The translations under genes were made by a program, and so were the position numbers. From contig OZ059897.1 of NCBI GenBank assembly GCA_964057225.1, positions 3,596,001 through 3,660,000 on the forward strand: a stretch of DNA of 64,000 nt, read 5' to 3'. This document shows, piece after piece, positions 43,163 to 57,300 of the stretch (positions within the stretch are counted from its first letter, which is position 1; each line of letters opens with the position of its first letter). The stretch is from Auanema rhodensis (taxonomy: Eukaryota > Animalia > Nematoda). The notes beneath the pieces were generated by a model. That model worked only from the letters and a program-made list of their open reading frames with translations. It was not told the DNA's origin and did no database searches.

Positions 43163-45970
43163 ACCGAGATATCAACTGATATAGGTTCACACTTATATCC
43201 TCGATTTTCACCCTGAAGAAATGATTTTTTCGTTGAAAAACTATGTCCATCGTATTTTTCTTGAAAAAAGGAATCTAAAAACATCTACTTTTTGTGAAAT
43301 TATTTAGAAATTTTTCGGCAAAATTTTTGTCAAAATGTTTTTGGAAGCAATGTTGAGTGTACATGGGAACTCAACATACACTAATGCATTATTTTTCAAA
43401 CGATCATAACTAATTTTTGTATAGAGCGTTTCTCAATGTAGTATAGTGCATTCGATGCGGATTTTTAAGCTGCGTTGATCTGTGTTATCAGATTTGAGTT
43501 AACTTAAAAATGCACCGAGATATCAACTGATATATGTTCACACTCATATCCTCGATTATCACCCTGAAGAATTGATTTTTTCGTTGAAAAACTATGTCCA
43601 TCGTATTTTTCTTGAAAAAAGGAATCTAAAAACATCTACTTTTTGTGAAATTATTTAGAAATTTTTCGGGAAAATTTTTGTCAAAATGTTTTTGGAAGCA
43701 ATGTTGAGTGTACATGGGAACTCAACATACACTAATGCATTATTTATCAAACGATCATAACTAATTCTTGTATAGAGCGTTTCTCAATGTAGTATAGTGC
43801 ATTCGATGCGGATTTTTAAGCTACGTTGATCTGTGTTATCAGATTTGAGTTAGCTTAAAAATGCACCGAGATATCAACTGATATATGTTCACACTTATAT
43901 CCTCGATTTTCACCCTGAAGAAATGATTTTTTCGTTGAAAAACATTGTCCATCGTATTCGTCTTGAAAAAAGGAATCTAAAAACATCTACTTTTTGTGAA
44001 ATTATTTAGAAATTTTTCGGGAAAATTTTTGTCAAAATGTTTTTGGAAGCAATGTTGAGTGTACATGGGAACTCAACATACACTAATGCATTATTTTTCA
44101 AACGATCATAACTAATTTTTGTATAGAGCGTTTCTCAATGTAGTATAGTGCATTCGATGCGGATTTTTAAGCTGCGTTGATCTGTGTTATCAGATTTGAG
44201 TTAACTTAAAAATGCACCGAGATATCAACTGATATATGTTCACACTCATATCCTCGATTATCACCCTGAAGAATTGATTTTTTCGTTGAAAAACTATGTC
44301 CATCGTATTTTTCTTGAAAAAAGGAATCTAAAAACACCTACTTTTTGTGAAATTATTCAGAAATTTTTCGGGAAAATTTTTGTCAAAATGTTTTTGGAAG
44401 CAATGTTGAGTGTACATGGGAACTCAACATACACTAATGCATTATTTTTCAAACGATCATAACTAATTCTTGTATAGAGCGTTTCTCAATGTAGTATAGT
44501 GCATTCGATGCGGATTTTTAAGCTACGTTGATCTGTGTTATCAGATTTGAGTTAGCTTAAAAATGCACCGAGATATCAACTGATATATGTTCACACTTAT
44601 ATCCTCGATTTTCACCCTGAAGAAATGATTTTTTCGTTGAATAACATTGTCCATCGTCTTCGTCTTGAAAAAAGGAATCTAAAAACATCTACTTTTTGTG
44701 AAATTATTTAGAAATTTTTCGGGAAAATTTTTGTCAAAATGTTTTTGGAAGCAATGTTGAGTGTACATGGGAACTCAACATACACTAATGCATTATTTTT
44801 CAAACGATCATAACTAATTCTTGTATAGAGCGTTTCTCAATGTAGTATAGTGCATTCGATGCGGATTTTTAAGCTGCGTTGATCTGTGTTATCAGATTTG
44901 AGTTAACTTAAAAATGCACCGAGATATCAACTGATATATGTTCACACTCATATCCTCGATTATCACCCTGAAGAATTGATTTTTTCGTTGAAAAACTATG
45001 TCCATCGTATTTTTCTTGAAAAAAGGAATCTAAAAACACCTACTTTTTGTGAAATTATTCAGAAATTTTTCGGGAAAATTTTTGTCAAAATGTTTTTGGA
45101 AGCAATGTTGAGTGTACATGGGAACTCAACATACACTAATGCATTATTTTTCAAACGATCATAACTAATTTTTGTAAATAGCGTTTCTCAATGTAGTATA
45201 GTGCATTCGATGCGGATTTTTAAGCTGCGTGGATCTGTGTTATCAGATTTGAGTTAGCTTAAAAATGCACCGAGATATAAACTGATATATGTTCACACTT
45301 ATATCCTCGATTTTCACCCTGAAGAAATGATTTTTTCGTTGAATAACATTGTCCATCGTCTTCGTCTTGAAAAAAGGAATCTAAAAACATCTACTTTTTG
45401 TGAAATTATTTAGAAATTTTTCGGGAAAATTTTTGTCAAAATGTTTTTGGAAGCAATGTTGAGTGTACATGGGAACTCAACATACACTAATGCATTATTT
45501 TTCAAACGATCATAACTAATTCTTGTATAGAGCGTTTCTCAATGTAGTATAGTGCATTCGATGCGGATTTTTAAGCTACGTTGATCTGTGTTATCAGATT
45601 TGAGTTAGCTTAAAAATGCACCGAGATATCAACTGATATATGTTCACACTTATATCCTCCATTTTCACCCTGAAGAGATGATTTTTTCGTTGAATAACAT
45701 TGTCCATCGTCTTCGTCTTGAAAAAAGGAATCTAGAAACACCTACTTTTTGTGAAATTATTCAGAAATTTTTCGGGAAAATTTTTGTCAAAATGTTTTTG
45801 GAAGCAATGTTGAGTGTACATGGGAACTCAACATACACTAATGCATTATTTTTCAAACGATCATAACTAATTCTTGTATAGAGCGTTTCTCAATGTAGTA
45901 TAGTGCATTCGATGCGGATTTTTAAGCTACGTTGATCTGTGTTATCAGATTTGAGTTAGCTTAAAAATGC

Positions 45971-46302
45971 ACCGAGATATCAACTGATATATGTTCACAC
46001 TCATATCCTCGATTATCACCCTGAAGAATTGATTTTTTCGTTGAAAAACTATGTCCATCGTATTTTAAAACACCTACTTTTTGTGAAATTATTCAGAAAT
46101 TTTTCGGGAAAATTTTTGTCAAAATGTTTTTGGAAGCAATGTTGAGTGTACATGGGAACTCAACATACACTAATGCATTATTTTTCAAACGATCATAACT
46201 AATTTTTGTAAATAGCGTTTCTCAATGTAGTATAGTGCATTCGATGCGGATTTTTAAGCTGCGTGGATCTGTGTTATCAGATTTGAGTTAGCTTAAAAAT
46301 GC
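45971..46302 (+). repeat. Shortened 332-bp monomer with a 19-bp deletion
   Basis: It reads CGTATTTT|AAAACACC at 46059-46074 instead of CGTATTTTTCTTGAAAAAAGGAATCTAAAAACACC. The next monomer starts at 46303. Confidence 0.95.
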
Positions 46303-49300
46303 ACCGAGATATCAACTGATATATGTTCACACTTATATCCTCGATTTTCACCCTGAAGAAATGATTTTTTCGTTGAATAACATTGTCCATCGTCTTCGTC
46401 TTGAAAAAAGGAATCTAAAAACATCTACTTTTTGTGAAATTATTTAGAAATTTTTCGGGAAAATTTTTGTCAAAATGTTTTTGGAAGCAATGTTGAGTGT
46501 ACATGGGAACTCAACATACACTAATGCATTATTTTTCAAACGATCATAACTAATTCTTGTATAGAGCGTTTCTCAATGTAGTATAGTGCATTCGATGCGG
46601 ATTTTTAAGCTACGTGGATCTGTGTTATCAGATTTGAGTTAGCTTAAAAATGCACCGAGATATAAACTGATATATGTTCACACTTATATCCTCGATTTTC
46701 ACCCTGAAGAAATGATTTTTTCGTTGAATAACACTGTCCATCGTCTTCGTCTTGAAAAAAGGAATCTAAAAACATCTACTTTTTGTGAAATTATTTAGAA
46801 ATTTTTCGGGAAAATTTTTGTCAAAATGTTTTTGGAAGCAATGTTGAGTGTACATGGGAACTCAACATACACTAATGCATTATTTTTCAAACGATCATAA
46901 CTAATTCTTGTATAGAGCGTTTCTCAATGTAGTATAGTGCATTCGATGCGGATTTTTAAGCTACGTTGATCTGTGTTATCAGATTTGAGTTAGCTTAAAA
47001 ATGCACCGAGATATCAACTGATATATGTTCACACTTATATCCTCGATTTTCACCCTGAAGAAATGATTTTTTCGTTGAATAACATTGTCCATCTTCTTCG
47101 TCTTGAAAAAAGGAATCTAAAAACATCTACTTTTTGTGAAATTATTTAGAAATTTTTCGGGAAAATTTTTGTCAAAATGTTTTTGGAAGCAATGTTGAGT
47201 GTACATGGGAACTCAACATACACTAATGCATTATTTTTCAAACGATCATAACTAATTTTTGTATAGAGCGTTTCTCAATGTGGTATAGTGCATTCGATGC
47301 GGATTTTTAAGCTGCGTTGATCTGTGTTATCAGATTTGAGTTAACTTAAAAATGCACCGAGATATCAACTGATATATGTTCACACTTATATCCTCCATTT
47401 TCACCCTGAAGAGATGATTTTTTCGTTGAAAAACATTGTCCATCGTATTCGTCTTGAAAAAAGGAATCTAAAAACATCTACTTTTTGTGAAATTATTTAG
47501 AAATTTTTCGGGAAAATTTTTGTCAAAATGTTTTTGGAAGCAATGTTGAGTGTACATGGGAACTCAACATACACTAATGCATTATTTTTCAAACGATCAT
47601 AACTAATTTTTGTATAGAGCGTTTCTCAATGTAGTATAGTGCATTCGATGCGGATTTTTAAGCTGCGTCGATCTGTGTTATCCGATTTGAGCTAGCTTGA
47701 AAATGTACCGAGATATCAACTGATATATGTTCACACTTATATCCTCGATTTTCACCCTGAAGAAATGATTTTTTCGTTGAATAACATTGTCCATCATCTT
47801 CGTCTTGAAAAAAGGAATCTAAAAACATCTACTTTTTGTGAAATTATTCAGAAATTTTTCGGGAAAATTTTTGTCAAAATGTTTTTGGAAGCAATGTTGA
47901 GTGTACATGGGAACTCAACATACACTAATGCATTATTTTTCAAACGATCATAACTAATTTTTGTATAGAGCGTTTCTCAATGTAGTATAGTGCATTCGAT
48001 GCGGATTTTTAAGCTGCGTCGATCTGTGTTATCAGATTTGAGTTAGCTTAAAAATGCACCGAGATATCAACTGATATATGTTCACACTTATATCCTCGAT
48101 TTTCACCCTGAAGAAATGATTTTTTCGTTGAATAACATTGTCCATCGTCTTAGTCTTGAAAAAAGGAAACTGAAAACATCTACTTTTTGTGAAATTATTT
48201 AGAAATTTTTCGGGAAAATTTTTGTCAAAATGTTTTTGGAAGCAATATTGAGTGTACATGGGAACTCAACATACACTAATGCATTATTTTTCAAACGATC
48301 ATAACTAATTCTTGTAAATAGCGTTTCTCAATGTAGTATAGTGCATTCGATGCGGATTTTTAAGCTGCGTGGATCTGTGTTATCAGATTTGAGTTAGCTT
48401 AAAAATGCACCGAGATATCAACTGATATAGGTTCACACTTATATCCTCGATTTTCACCCTGAAGAAATGATTTTTTCGTTGAAAAACATTGTCCATCGTA
48501 TTCGTCTTGAAAAAAGGAATCTAAAAACATCTACTTTTTGTGAAATTATTTAGAAATTTTTCGGGAAAATTTTTGTCAAAATGTTTTTGGAAGCAATGTT
48601 GAGTGTACATGGGAACTCAGCATACACTAATGCATTATTTTTCAAACGATAATAACTAATTTTTGTATAGAGCGTTTCTCAATGTGGTATAGTGCATTCG
48701 ATGCGGATTTTTAAGCTGCGTTGATCTGTGTTATCAGATTTGAGTTAACTTAAAAATGCACCGAGATATCAACTGATATATGTTCACACTTATATCCTCG
48801 ATTTTCACCCTGAAGAAATGATTTTTTCGTTGAATAACATTGTCCATCATCTTCGTCTTGAAAAAAGGAATCTAAAAACATCTACTTTTTGTGAAATTAT
48901 TCAGAAATTTTTCGGGAAAATTTTTGTCAAAATGTTTTTGGAAGCAATGTTGAGTGTACATGGGAACTCAACATACACTAATGCATTATTTTTCAAACGA
49001 TCATAACTAATTTTTGTATAGAGCGTTTCTCAATGTAGTATAGTGCATTCGATGCGGATTTTTAAGCTGCGTCGATCTGTGTTATCAGATTTGAGTTAGC
49101 TTAAAAATGCACCGAGATATCAACTGATATATGTTCACACTTATATCCTCGATTTTCACCCTGAAGAAATGATTTTTTCGTTGAATAACATTGTCCATCG
49201 TCTTAGTCTTGAAAAAAGGAAACTGAAAACATCTACTTTTTGTGAAATTATTTAGAAATTTTTCGGGAAAATTTTTGTCAAAATGTTTTTGGAAGCAATA

Positions 49301-51311
49301 TTGAGTGTACATGGGAACTCAACATACACTAATGCATTATTTTTCAAACGATCATAACTAATTCTTGTAAATAGCGTTTCTCAATGTAGTATAGTGCATT
49401 CGATGCGGATTTTTAAGCTGCGTGGATCTGTGTTATCAGATTTGAGTTAGCTTAAAAATGCACCGAGATATCAACTGATATAGGTTCACACTTATATCCT
49501 CGATTTTCACCCTGAAGAAATGATTTTTTCGTTGAAAAACATTGTCCATCGTATTCGTCTTGAAAAAAGGAATCTAAAAACATCTACTTTTTGTGAAATT
49601 ATTTAGAAATTTTTCGGGAAAATTTTTGTCAAAATGTTTTTGGAAGCAATGTTGAGTGTACATGGGAACTCAGCATACACTAATGCATTATTTTTCAAAC
49701 GATAATAACTAATTTTTGTATAGAGCGTTTCTCAATGTGGTATAGTGCATTCGATGCGGATTTTTAAGCTGCGTTGATCTGTGTTATCAGATTTGAGTTA
49801 ACTTAAAAATGCACCGAGATATCAACTGATATATGTTCACACTTATATCCTCGATTTTCACCCTGAAGAGATGATTTTTTCGTTGAATAACATTGTCCAT
49901 CGTCTTCGTCTTGAGAAAAGGAATCTAAAAACATCTACTTTTTGTGAAATTATTTAGAAATTTTTCGGGAAAATTTTTGTCAAAATGTTTTTGGAAGCAA
50001 TGCTGAGTGTACATGGGAACTCAACATACACTAATGCATTATTTTTCAAACGATCATAACTAATTTTTGTATAGAGCGTTTCTCAATGTAGTATAGTGCA
50101 TTCGATGCGGATTTTTAAGCTGCGTCGATCTGTGTTATCAGATTTGAGTTAGCTTAAAAATGCACCGAGATATCAACTGATATATGTTCACACTTATATC
50201 CTCGATTTTCACCCTGAAGAAATGATTTTTTCGTTGAATAACATTGTCCATCGTCTTAGTCTTGAAAAAAGGAAACTGAAAACATCTACTTTTTGTGAAA
50301 TTATTTAGAAATTTTTCGGGAAAATTTTTGTCAAAATGTTTTTGGAAGCAATATTGAGTGTACATGGGAACTCAACATACACTAATGCATTATTTTTCAA
50401 ACGATCATAACTAATTCTTGTAAATAGCGTTTCTCAATGTAGTATAGTGCATTCGATGCGGATTTTTAAGCTGCGTGGATCTGTGTTATCAGATTTGAGT
50501 TAGCTTAAAAATGCACCGAGATATCAACTGATATAGGTTCACACTTATATCCTCGATTTTCACCCTGAAGAAATGATTTTTTCGTTGAATAACATTGTCC
50601 ATCGTCTTAGTCTTGAAAAAAGGAAACTGAAAACATCTACTTTTTGTGAAATTATTTAGAAATTTTTCGGGAAAATTTTTGTCAAAATGTTTTTGGAAGC
50701 AATATTGAGTGTACATGGGAACTCAACATACACTAATGCATTATTTTTCAAACGATCATAACTAATTTTTGTATAGAGCGTTTCTCAATGTAGTATAGTG
50801 CATTCGATGCGGATTTTTAAGCTGCGTCGATCTGTGTTATCAGATTTGAGTTAGCTTAAAAATGCACCGAGATATCAACTGATATAGGTTCACACTTATA
50901 TCCTCGATTTTCACCCTGAAGAAATGATTTTTTCGTTGAAAAACATTGTCCATCGTCTTAGTCTTGAAAAAAGGAAACTGAAAACATCTACTTTTTGTGA
51001 AATTATTTAGAAATTTTTCGGGAAAATTTTTGTCAAAATGTTTTTGGAAGCAATATTGAGTGTACATGGGAACTCAACATACACTAATGCATTATTTTTC
51101 AAACGATCATAACTAATTCTTGTAAATAGCGTTTCTCAATGTAGTATAGTGCATTCGATGCGGATTTTTAAGCTGCGTGGATCTGTGTTATCAGATTTGA
51201 GTTAGCTTAAAAATGCACCGAGATATCAACTGATATAGGTTCACACTTATATCCTCGATTTTCACCCTGAAGAAATGATTTTTTCGTTGAAAAACATTGT
51301 CCATCGTATTC

Positions 51312-54300
51312 GTCTTGAAAAAAGGAATCTAAAAACATCTACTTTTTGTGAAATTATTCAGAAATTTTTCGGGAAAATTTTTGTCAAAATGTTTTTGGAA
51401 GCAATGTTGAGTGTACATGGGAACTCAACATACACTAATGCATTATTTTTCAAACGATCATAACTAATTTTTGTATAGAGCGTTTCTCAATGTAGTATAG
51501 TGCATTCGATGCGGATTTTTAAGCTGCGTCGATCTGTGTTATCAGATTTGAGTTAGCTTAAAAATGCACCGAGATATCAACTGATATATGTTCACACTTA
51601 TATCCTCGATTTTCACCCTGAAGAAATGATTTTTTCGTTGAATAACATTGTCCATCGTCTTAGTCTTGAAAAAAGGAAACTGAAAACATCTACTTTTTGT
51701 GAAATTATTTAGAAATTTTTCGGGAAAATTTTTGTCAAAATGTTTTTGGAAGCAATATTGAGTGTACATGGGAACTCAACATACACTAATGCATTATTTT
51801 TCAAACGATCATAACTAATTCTTGTAAATAGCGTTTCTCAATGTAGTATAGTGCATTCGATGCGGATTTTTAAGCTGCGTGGATCTGTGTTATCAGATTT
51901 GAGTTAGCTTAAAAATGCACCGAGATATCAACTGATATAGGTTCACACTTATATCCTCGATTTTCACCCTGAAGAAATGATTTTTTCGTTGAAAAACATT
52001 GTCCATCGTATTCGTCTTGAAAAAAGGAATCTAAAAACATCTACTTTTTGTGAAATTATTTAGAAATTTTTCGGGAAAATTTTTGTCAAAATGTTTTTGG
52101 AAGCAATGTTGAGTGTACATGGGAACTCAGCATACACTAATGCATTATTTTTCAAACGATAATAACTAATTTTTGTATAGAGCGTTTCTCAATGTGGTAT
52201 AGTGCATTCGATGCGGATTTTTAAGCTGCGTTGATCTGTGTTATCAGATTTGAGTTAACTTAAAAATGCACCGAGATATCAACTGATATATGTTCACACT
52301 TATATCCTCGATTTTCACCCTGAAGAGATGATTTTTTCGTTGAATAACATTGTCCATCGTCTTCGTCTTGAGAAAAGGAATCTAAAAACATCTACTTTTT
52401 GTGAAATTATTTAGAAATTTTTCGGGAAAATTTTTGTCAAAATGTTTTTGGAAGCAATGCTGAGTGTACATGGGAACTCAACATACACTAATGCATTATT
52501 TTTCAAACGATCATAACTAATTTTTGTATAGAGCGTTTCTCAATGTAGTATAGTGCATTCGATGCGGATTTTTAAGCTGCGTCGATCTGTGTTATCAGAT
52601 TTGAGTTAGCTTAAAAATGCACCGAGATATCAACTGATATATGTTCACACTTATATCCTCGATTTTCACCCTGAAGAAATGATTTTTTCGTTGAATAACA
52701 TTGTCCATCGTCTTAGTCTTGAAAAAAGGAAACTGAAAACATCTACTTTTTGTGAAATTATTTAGAAATTTTTCGGGAAAATTTTTGTCAAAATGTTTTT
52801 GGAAGCAATATTGAGTGTACATGGGAACTCAACATACACTAATGCATTATTTTTCAAACGATCATAACTAATTCTTGTAAATAGCGTTTCTCAATGTAGT
52901 ATAGTGCATTCGATGCGGATTTTTAAGCTGCGTGGATCTGTGTTATCAGATTTGAGTTAGCTTAAAAATGCACCGAGATATCAACTGATATAGGTTCACA
53001 CTTATATCCTCGATTTTCACCCTGAAGAAATGATTTTTTCGTTGAAAAACATTGTCCATCGTATTCGTCTTGAAAAAAGGAATCTAAAAACATCTACTTT
53101 TTGTGAAATTATTTAGAAATTTTTCGGGAAAATTTTTGTCAAAATGTTTTTGGAAGCAATGTTGAGTGTACATGGGAACTCAGCATACACTAATGCATTA
53201 TTTTTCAAACGATAATAACTAATTTTTGTATAGAGCGTTTCTCAATGTGGTATAGTGCATTCGATGCGGATTTTTAAGCTGCGTTGATCTGTGTTATCAG
53301 ATTTGAGTTAACTTAAAAATGCACCGAGATATCAACTGATATATGTTCACACTTATATCCTCGATTTTCACCCTGAAGAGATGATTTTTTCGTTGAATAA
53401 CATTGTCCATCGTCTTCGTCTTGAGAAAAGGAATCTAAAAACATCTACTTTTTGTGAAATTATTTAGAAATTTTTCGGGAAAATTTTTGTCAAAATGTTT
53501 TTGGAAGCAATGTTGAGTGTACATGGGAACTCAACATACACTAATGCATTATTTTTCAAACGATCATAACTTATTTTTGTATAGAGCGTTTCTCAATGTA
53601 GTGTAGTGCATTCGATGCGGATTTTTAAGCTGCGTCGATCTGTGTTATCCGATTTGAGCTAGCTTGAAAATGTACCGAGATATCAACTGATATAGGTTCA
53701 CACTTATATCCTCGATTTTCACCCTGAAGAATTTATTTTTTCGTTGAATAACATTGTCCATCGTCTTCGCCTTGAAAAAAGGAATCTAAAAACATCTACT
53801 TTTTGTGAAATTATTTAGAAATTTTTCGGGAAAATTTTTGTCAAAATGTTTTTGGAAGCAATGTTGAGTGTACATGGGAACTCAGCATACACTAATGCAT
53901 TATTTTTCAAACGATAATAACTAATTTTTGTATAGAGCATTTCTCAATGTAGTATAGTGCATTCGATGCGGATTTTTAAGCTGCGTTGATCTGTGTTATC
54001 AGATTTGAGTTAGCTTAAAAATGCACCGAGATATCAACTGATATATGTTCACACTCATATCCTCGATTATCACCCTGAAGAATTGATTTTTTCGTTGAAA
54101 AACATTGTCCATCGTATTTTTCTTGAAAAAAGGAATCTAAAAACATCTACTTTTTGTGAAATTATTTAGAAATTTTTCGGGAAAATTTTTGTCAAAATGT
54201 TTTTGGAAGCAATGTTGAGTGTACATGGGAACTCAACATACACTAATGCATTATTTTTCAAACGATCATAACTAATTCTTGTATAGAGCGTTTCTCAATG

Positions 54301-57300
54301 TAGTATAGTGCATTCGATGCGGATTTTTAAGCTGCGTTGATCTGTGTTATCAGATTTGAGTTAGCTTAAAAATGCACCGAGATATCAACTGATATATGTT
54401 CACACTTATATCCTCGATTTTCACCCTGAAGAAATGATTTTTTCGTTGAATAACATTGTCCATCGTCTTCGTCTTGAAAAAAGGAATCTAAAAACATCTA
54501 CTTTTTGTGAAATTATTTAGAAATTTTTCGGGAAAATTTTTGTCAAAATGTTTTTGGAAGCAATGTTGAGTGTACATGGGAACTCAACATACACTAATGC
54601 ATTATTTTTCAAACGATCATAACTAATTTTTGTATAGAGCGTTTCTCAATGTGGTATAGTGCATTCGATGCGGATTTTTAAGCTGCGTTGATCTGTGTTA
54701 TCAGATTTGAGTTAACTTAAAAATGCACCGAGATATCAACTGATATATGTTCACACTTATATCCTCGATTTTCACCCTGAAGAGATGATTTTTCCGTTGA
54801 ATAACATTGTCCATCGTCTTCGTCTTGAAAAAAGGAATCTAAAAACATCTACTTTTTGTGAAATTATTTAGAAATTTTTCGGGAAAATTTTTGTCAAAAT
54901 GTTTTTGGAAGCAATGTTGAGTGTACATGGGAACTCAACATACACTAATGCATTATTTTTCAAACGATCATAACTTATTTTTGTATAGAGCGTTTCTCAA
55001 TGTAGTGTAGTGCATTCGATGCGGATTTTTAAGCTGCGTCGATCTGTGTTATCCGATTTGAGCTAGCTTGAAAATGTACCGAGATATCAACTGATATATG
55101 TTCACACTTATATCCTCGATTTTCACCCTGAAGAAATGATTTTTTCGTTGAATAACATTGTCCATCGTCTTAGTCTTGAAAAAAGGAAACTGAAAACATC
55201 TACTTTTTGTGAAATTATTTAGAAATTTTTCGGGAAAATTTTTGTCAAAATGTTTTTGGAAGCAATATTGAGTGTACATGGGAACTCAACATACACTAAT
55301 GCATTATTTTTCAAACGATCATAACTAATTTTTGTAAATAGCGTTTCTCAATGTAGTATAGTGCATTCGATGCGGATTTTTAAGCTGCGTGGATCTGTGT
55401 TATCAGATTTGAGTTAGCTTAAAAATGCACCGAGATATCAACTGATATAGGTTCACACTTATATCCTCGATTTTCACCCTGAAGAAATGATTTTTTCGTT
55501 GAAAAACATTGTCCATCGTATTCGTCTTGAAAAAAGGAATCTAAAAACATCTACTTTTTGTGAAATTATTTAGAAATTTTTCGGGAAAATTTTTGTCAAA
55601 ATGTTTTTGGAAGCAATGTTGAGTTTACATGGGAACTCAACATACACTAATGCATTATTTTTCAAACGATCATAACTAATTTTTGTATAGAGCGTTTCTC
55701 AATGTAGTATAGTGCATTCGATGCGGATTTTTAAGCTGCGTTGATCTGTGTTATCAGATTTGAGTTAACTTAAAAATGCACCGAGATATCAACTGATATA
55801 TGTTCACACTCATATCCCCGATTATCACCCTGAAGAATTGATTTTTTCGTTGAAAAACATTGTCCATCGTATTTTTCTTGAAAAAAGGAATCTAAAAACA
55901 TCTACTTTTTGTGAAATTATTTAGAAATTTTTCGGGAAAATTTGTCAAAATGTTTTTGGAAGCAATGTTGAGTGTACATGGGAACTCAACATACACTAAT
56001 GCATTATTTTTCAAACGATCATAACTAATTCTTGTATAGAGCGTTTCTCAATGTAGTATAGTGCATTCGATGCGGATTTTTAAGCTGCGTTGATCTGTGT
56101 TATCAGATTTGAGTTAGCTTAAAAATGCACCGAGATATCAACTGATATATGTTCACACTTATATCCTCGATTTTCACCCTGAAGAAATGATTTTTTCGTT
56201 GAATAACATTGTCCATCGTCTTCGTCTTGAAAAAAGGAATCTAAAAACATCTACTTTTTGTGAAATTATTTAGAAATTTTTCGGGAAAATTTTTGTCAAA
56301 ATGTTTTTGGAAGCAATGTTGAGTGTACATGGGAACTCAACATACACTAATGCATTATTTTTCAAACGATCATAACTAATTTTTGTATAGAGCGTTTCTC
56401 AATGTGGTATAGTGCATTCGATGCGGATTTTTAAGCTGCGTTGATCTGTGTTATCAGATTTGAGTTAACTTAAAAATGCACCGAGATATCAACTGATATA
56501 TGTTCACACTTATATCCTCGATTTTCACCCTGAAGAGATGATTTTTTCGTTGAATAACATTGTCCATCGTCTTCGTCTTGAAAAAAGGAATCTAAAAACA
56601 TCTACTTTTTGTGAAATTATTTAGAAATTTTTCGGGAAAATTTTTGTCAAAATGTTTTTGGAAGCAATGTTGAGTGTACATGGGAACTCAACATACACTA
56701 ATGCATTATTTTTCAAACGATCATAACTTATTTTTGTATAGAGCGTTTCTCAATGTAGTGTAGTGCATTCGATGCGGATTTTTAAGCTGCGTCGATCTGT
56801 GTTATCCGATTTGAGCTAGCTTGAAAATGTACCGAGATATCAACTGATATATGTTCACACTTATATCCTCGATTTTCACCCTGAAGAAATGATTTTTTCG
56901 TTGAATAACATTGTCCATCGTCTTAGTCTTGAAAAAAGGAAACTGAAAACATCTACTTTTTGTGAAATTATTTAGAAATTTTTCGGGAAAATTTTTGTCA
57001 AAATGTTTTTGGAAGCAATATTGAGTGTACATGGGAACTCAACATACACTAATGCATTATTTTTCGAACGATCATAACTAATTTTTGTAAATAGCGTTTC
57101 TCAATGTAGTATAGTGCATTCGATGCGGATTTTTAAGCTGCGTGGATCTGTGTTATCAGATTTGAGTTAGCTTAAAAATGCACCGAGATATCAACTGATA
57201 TATGTTCACACTTATATCCTCGATTTTCACCCTGAAGAAATGATTTTTTCGTTGAATAACATTGTCCATCGTCTTCGTCTTGAAAAAAGGAATCTAAAAA

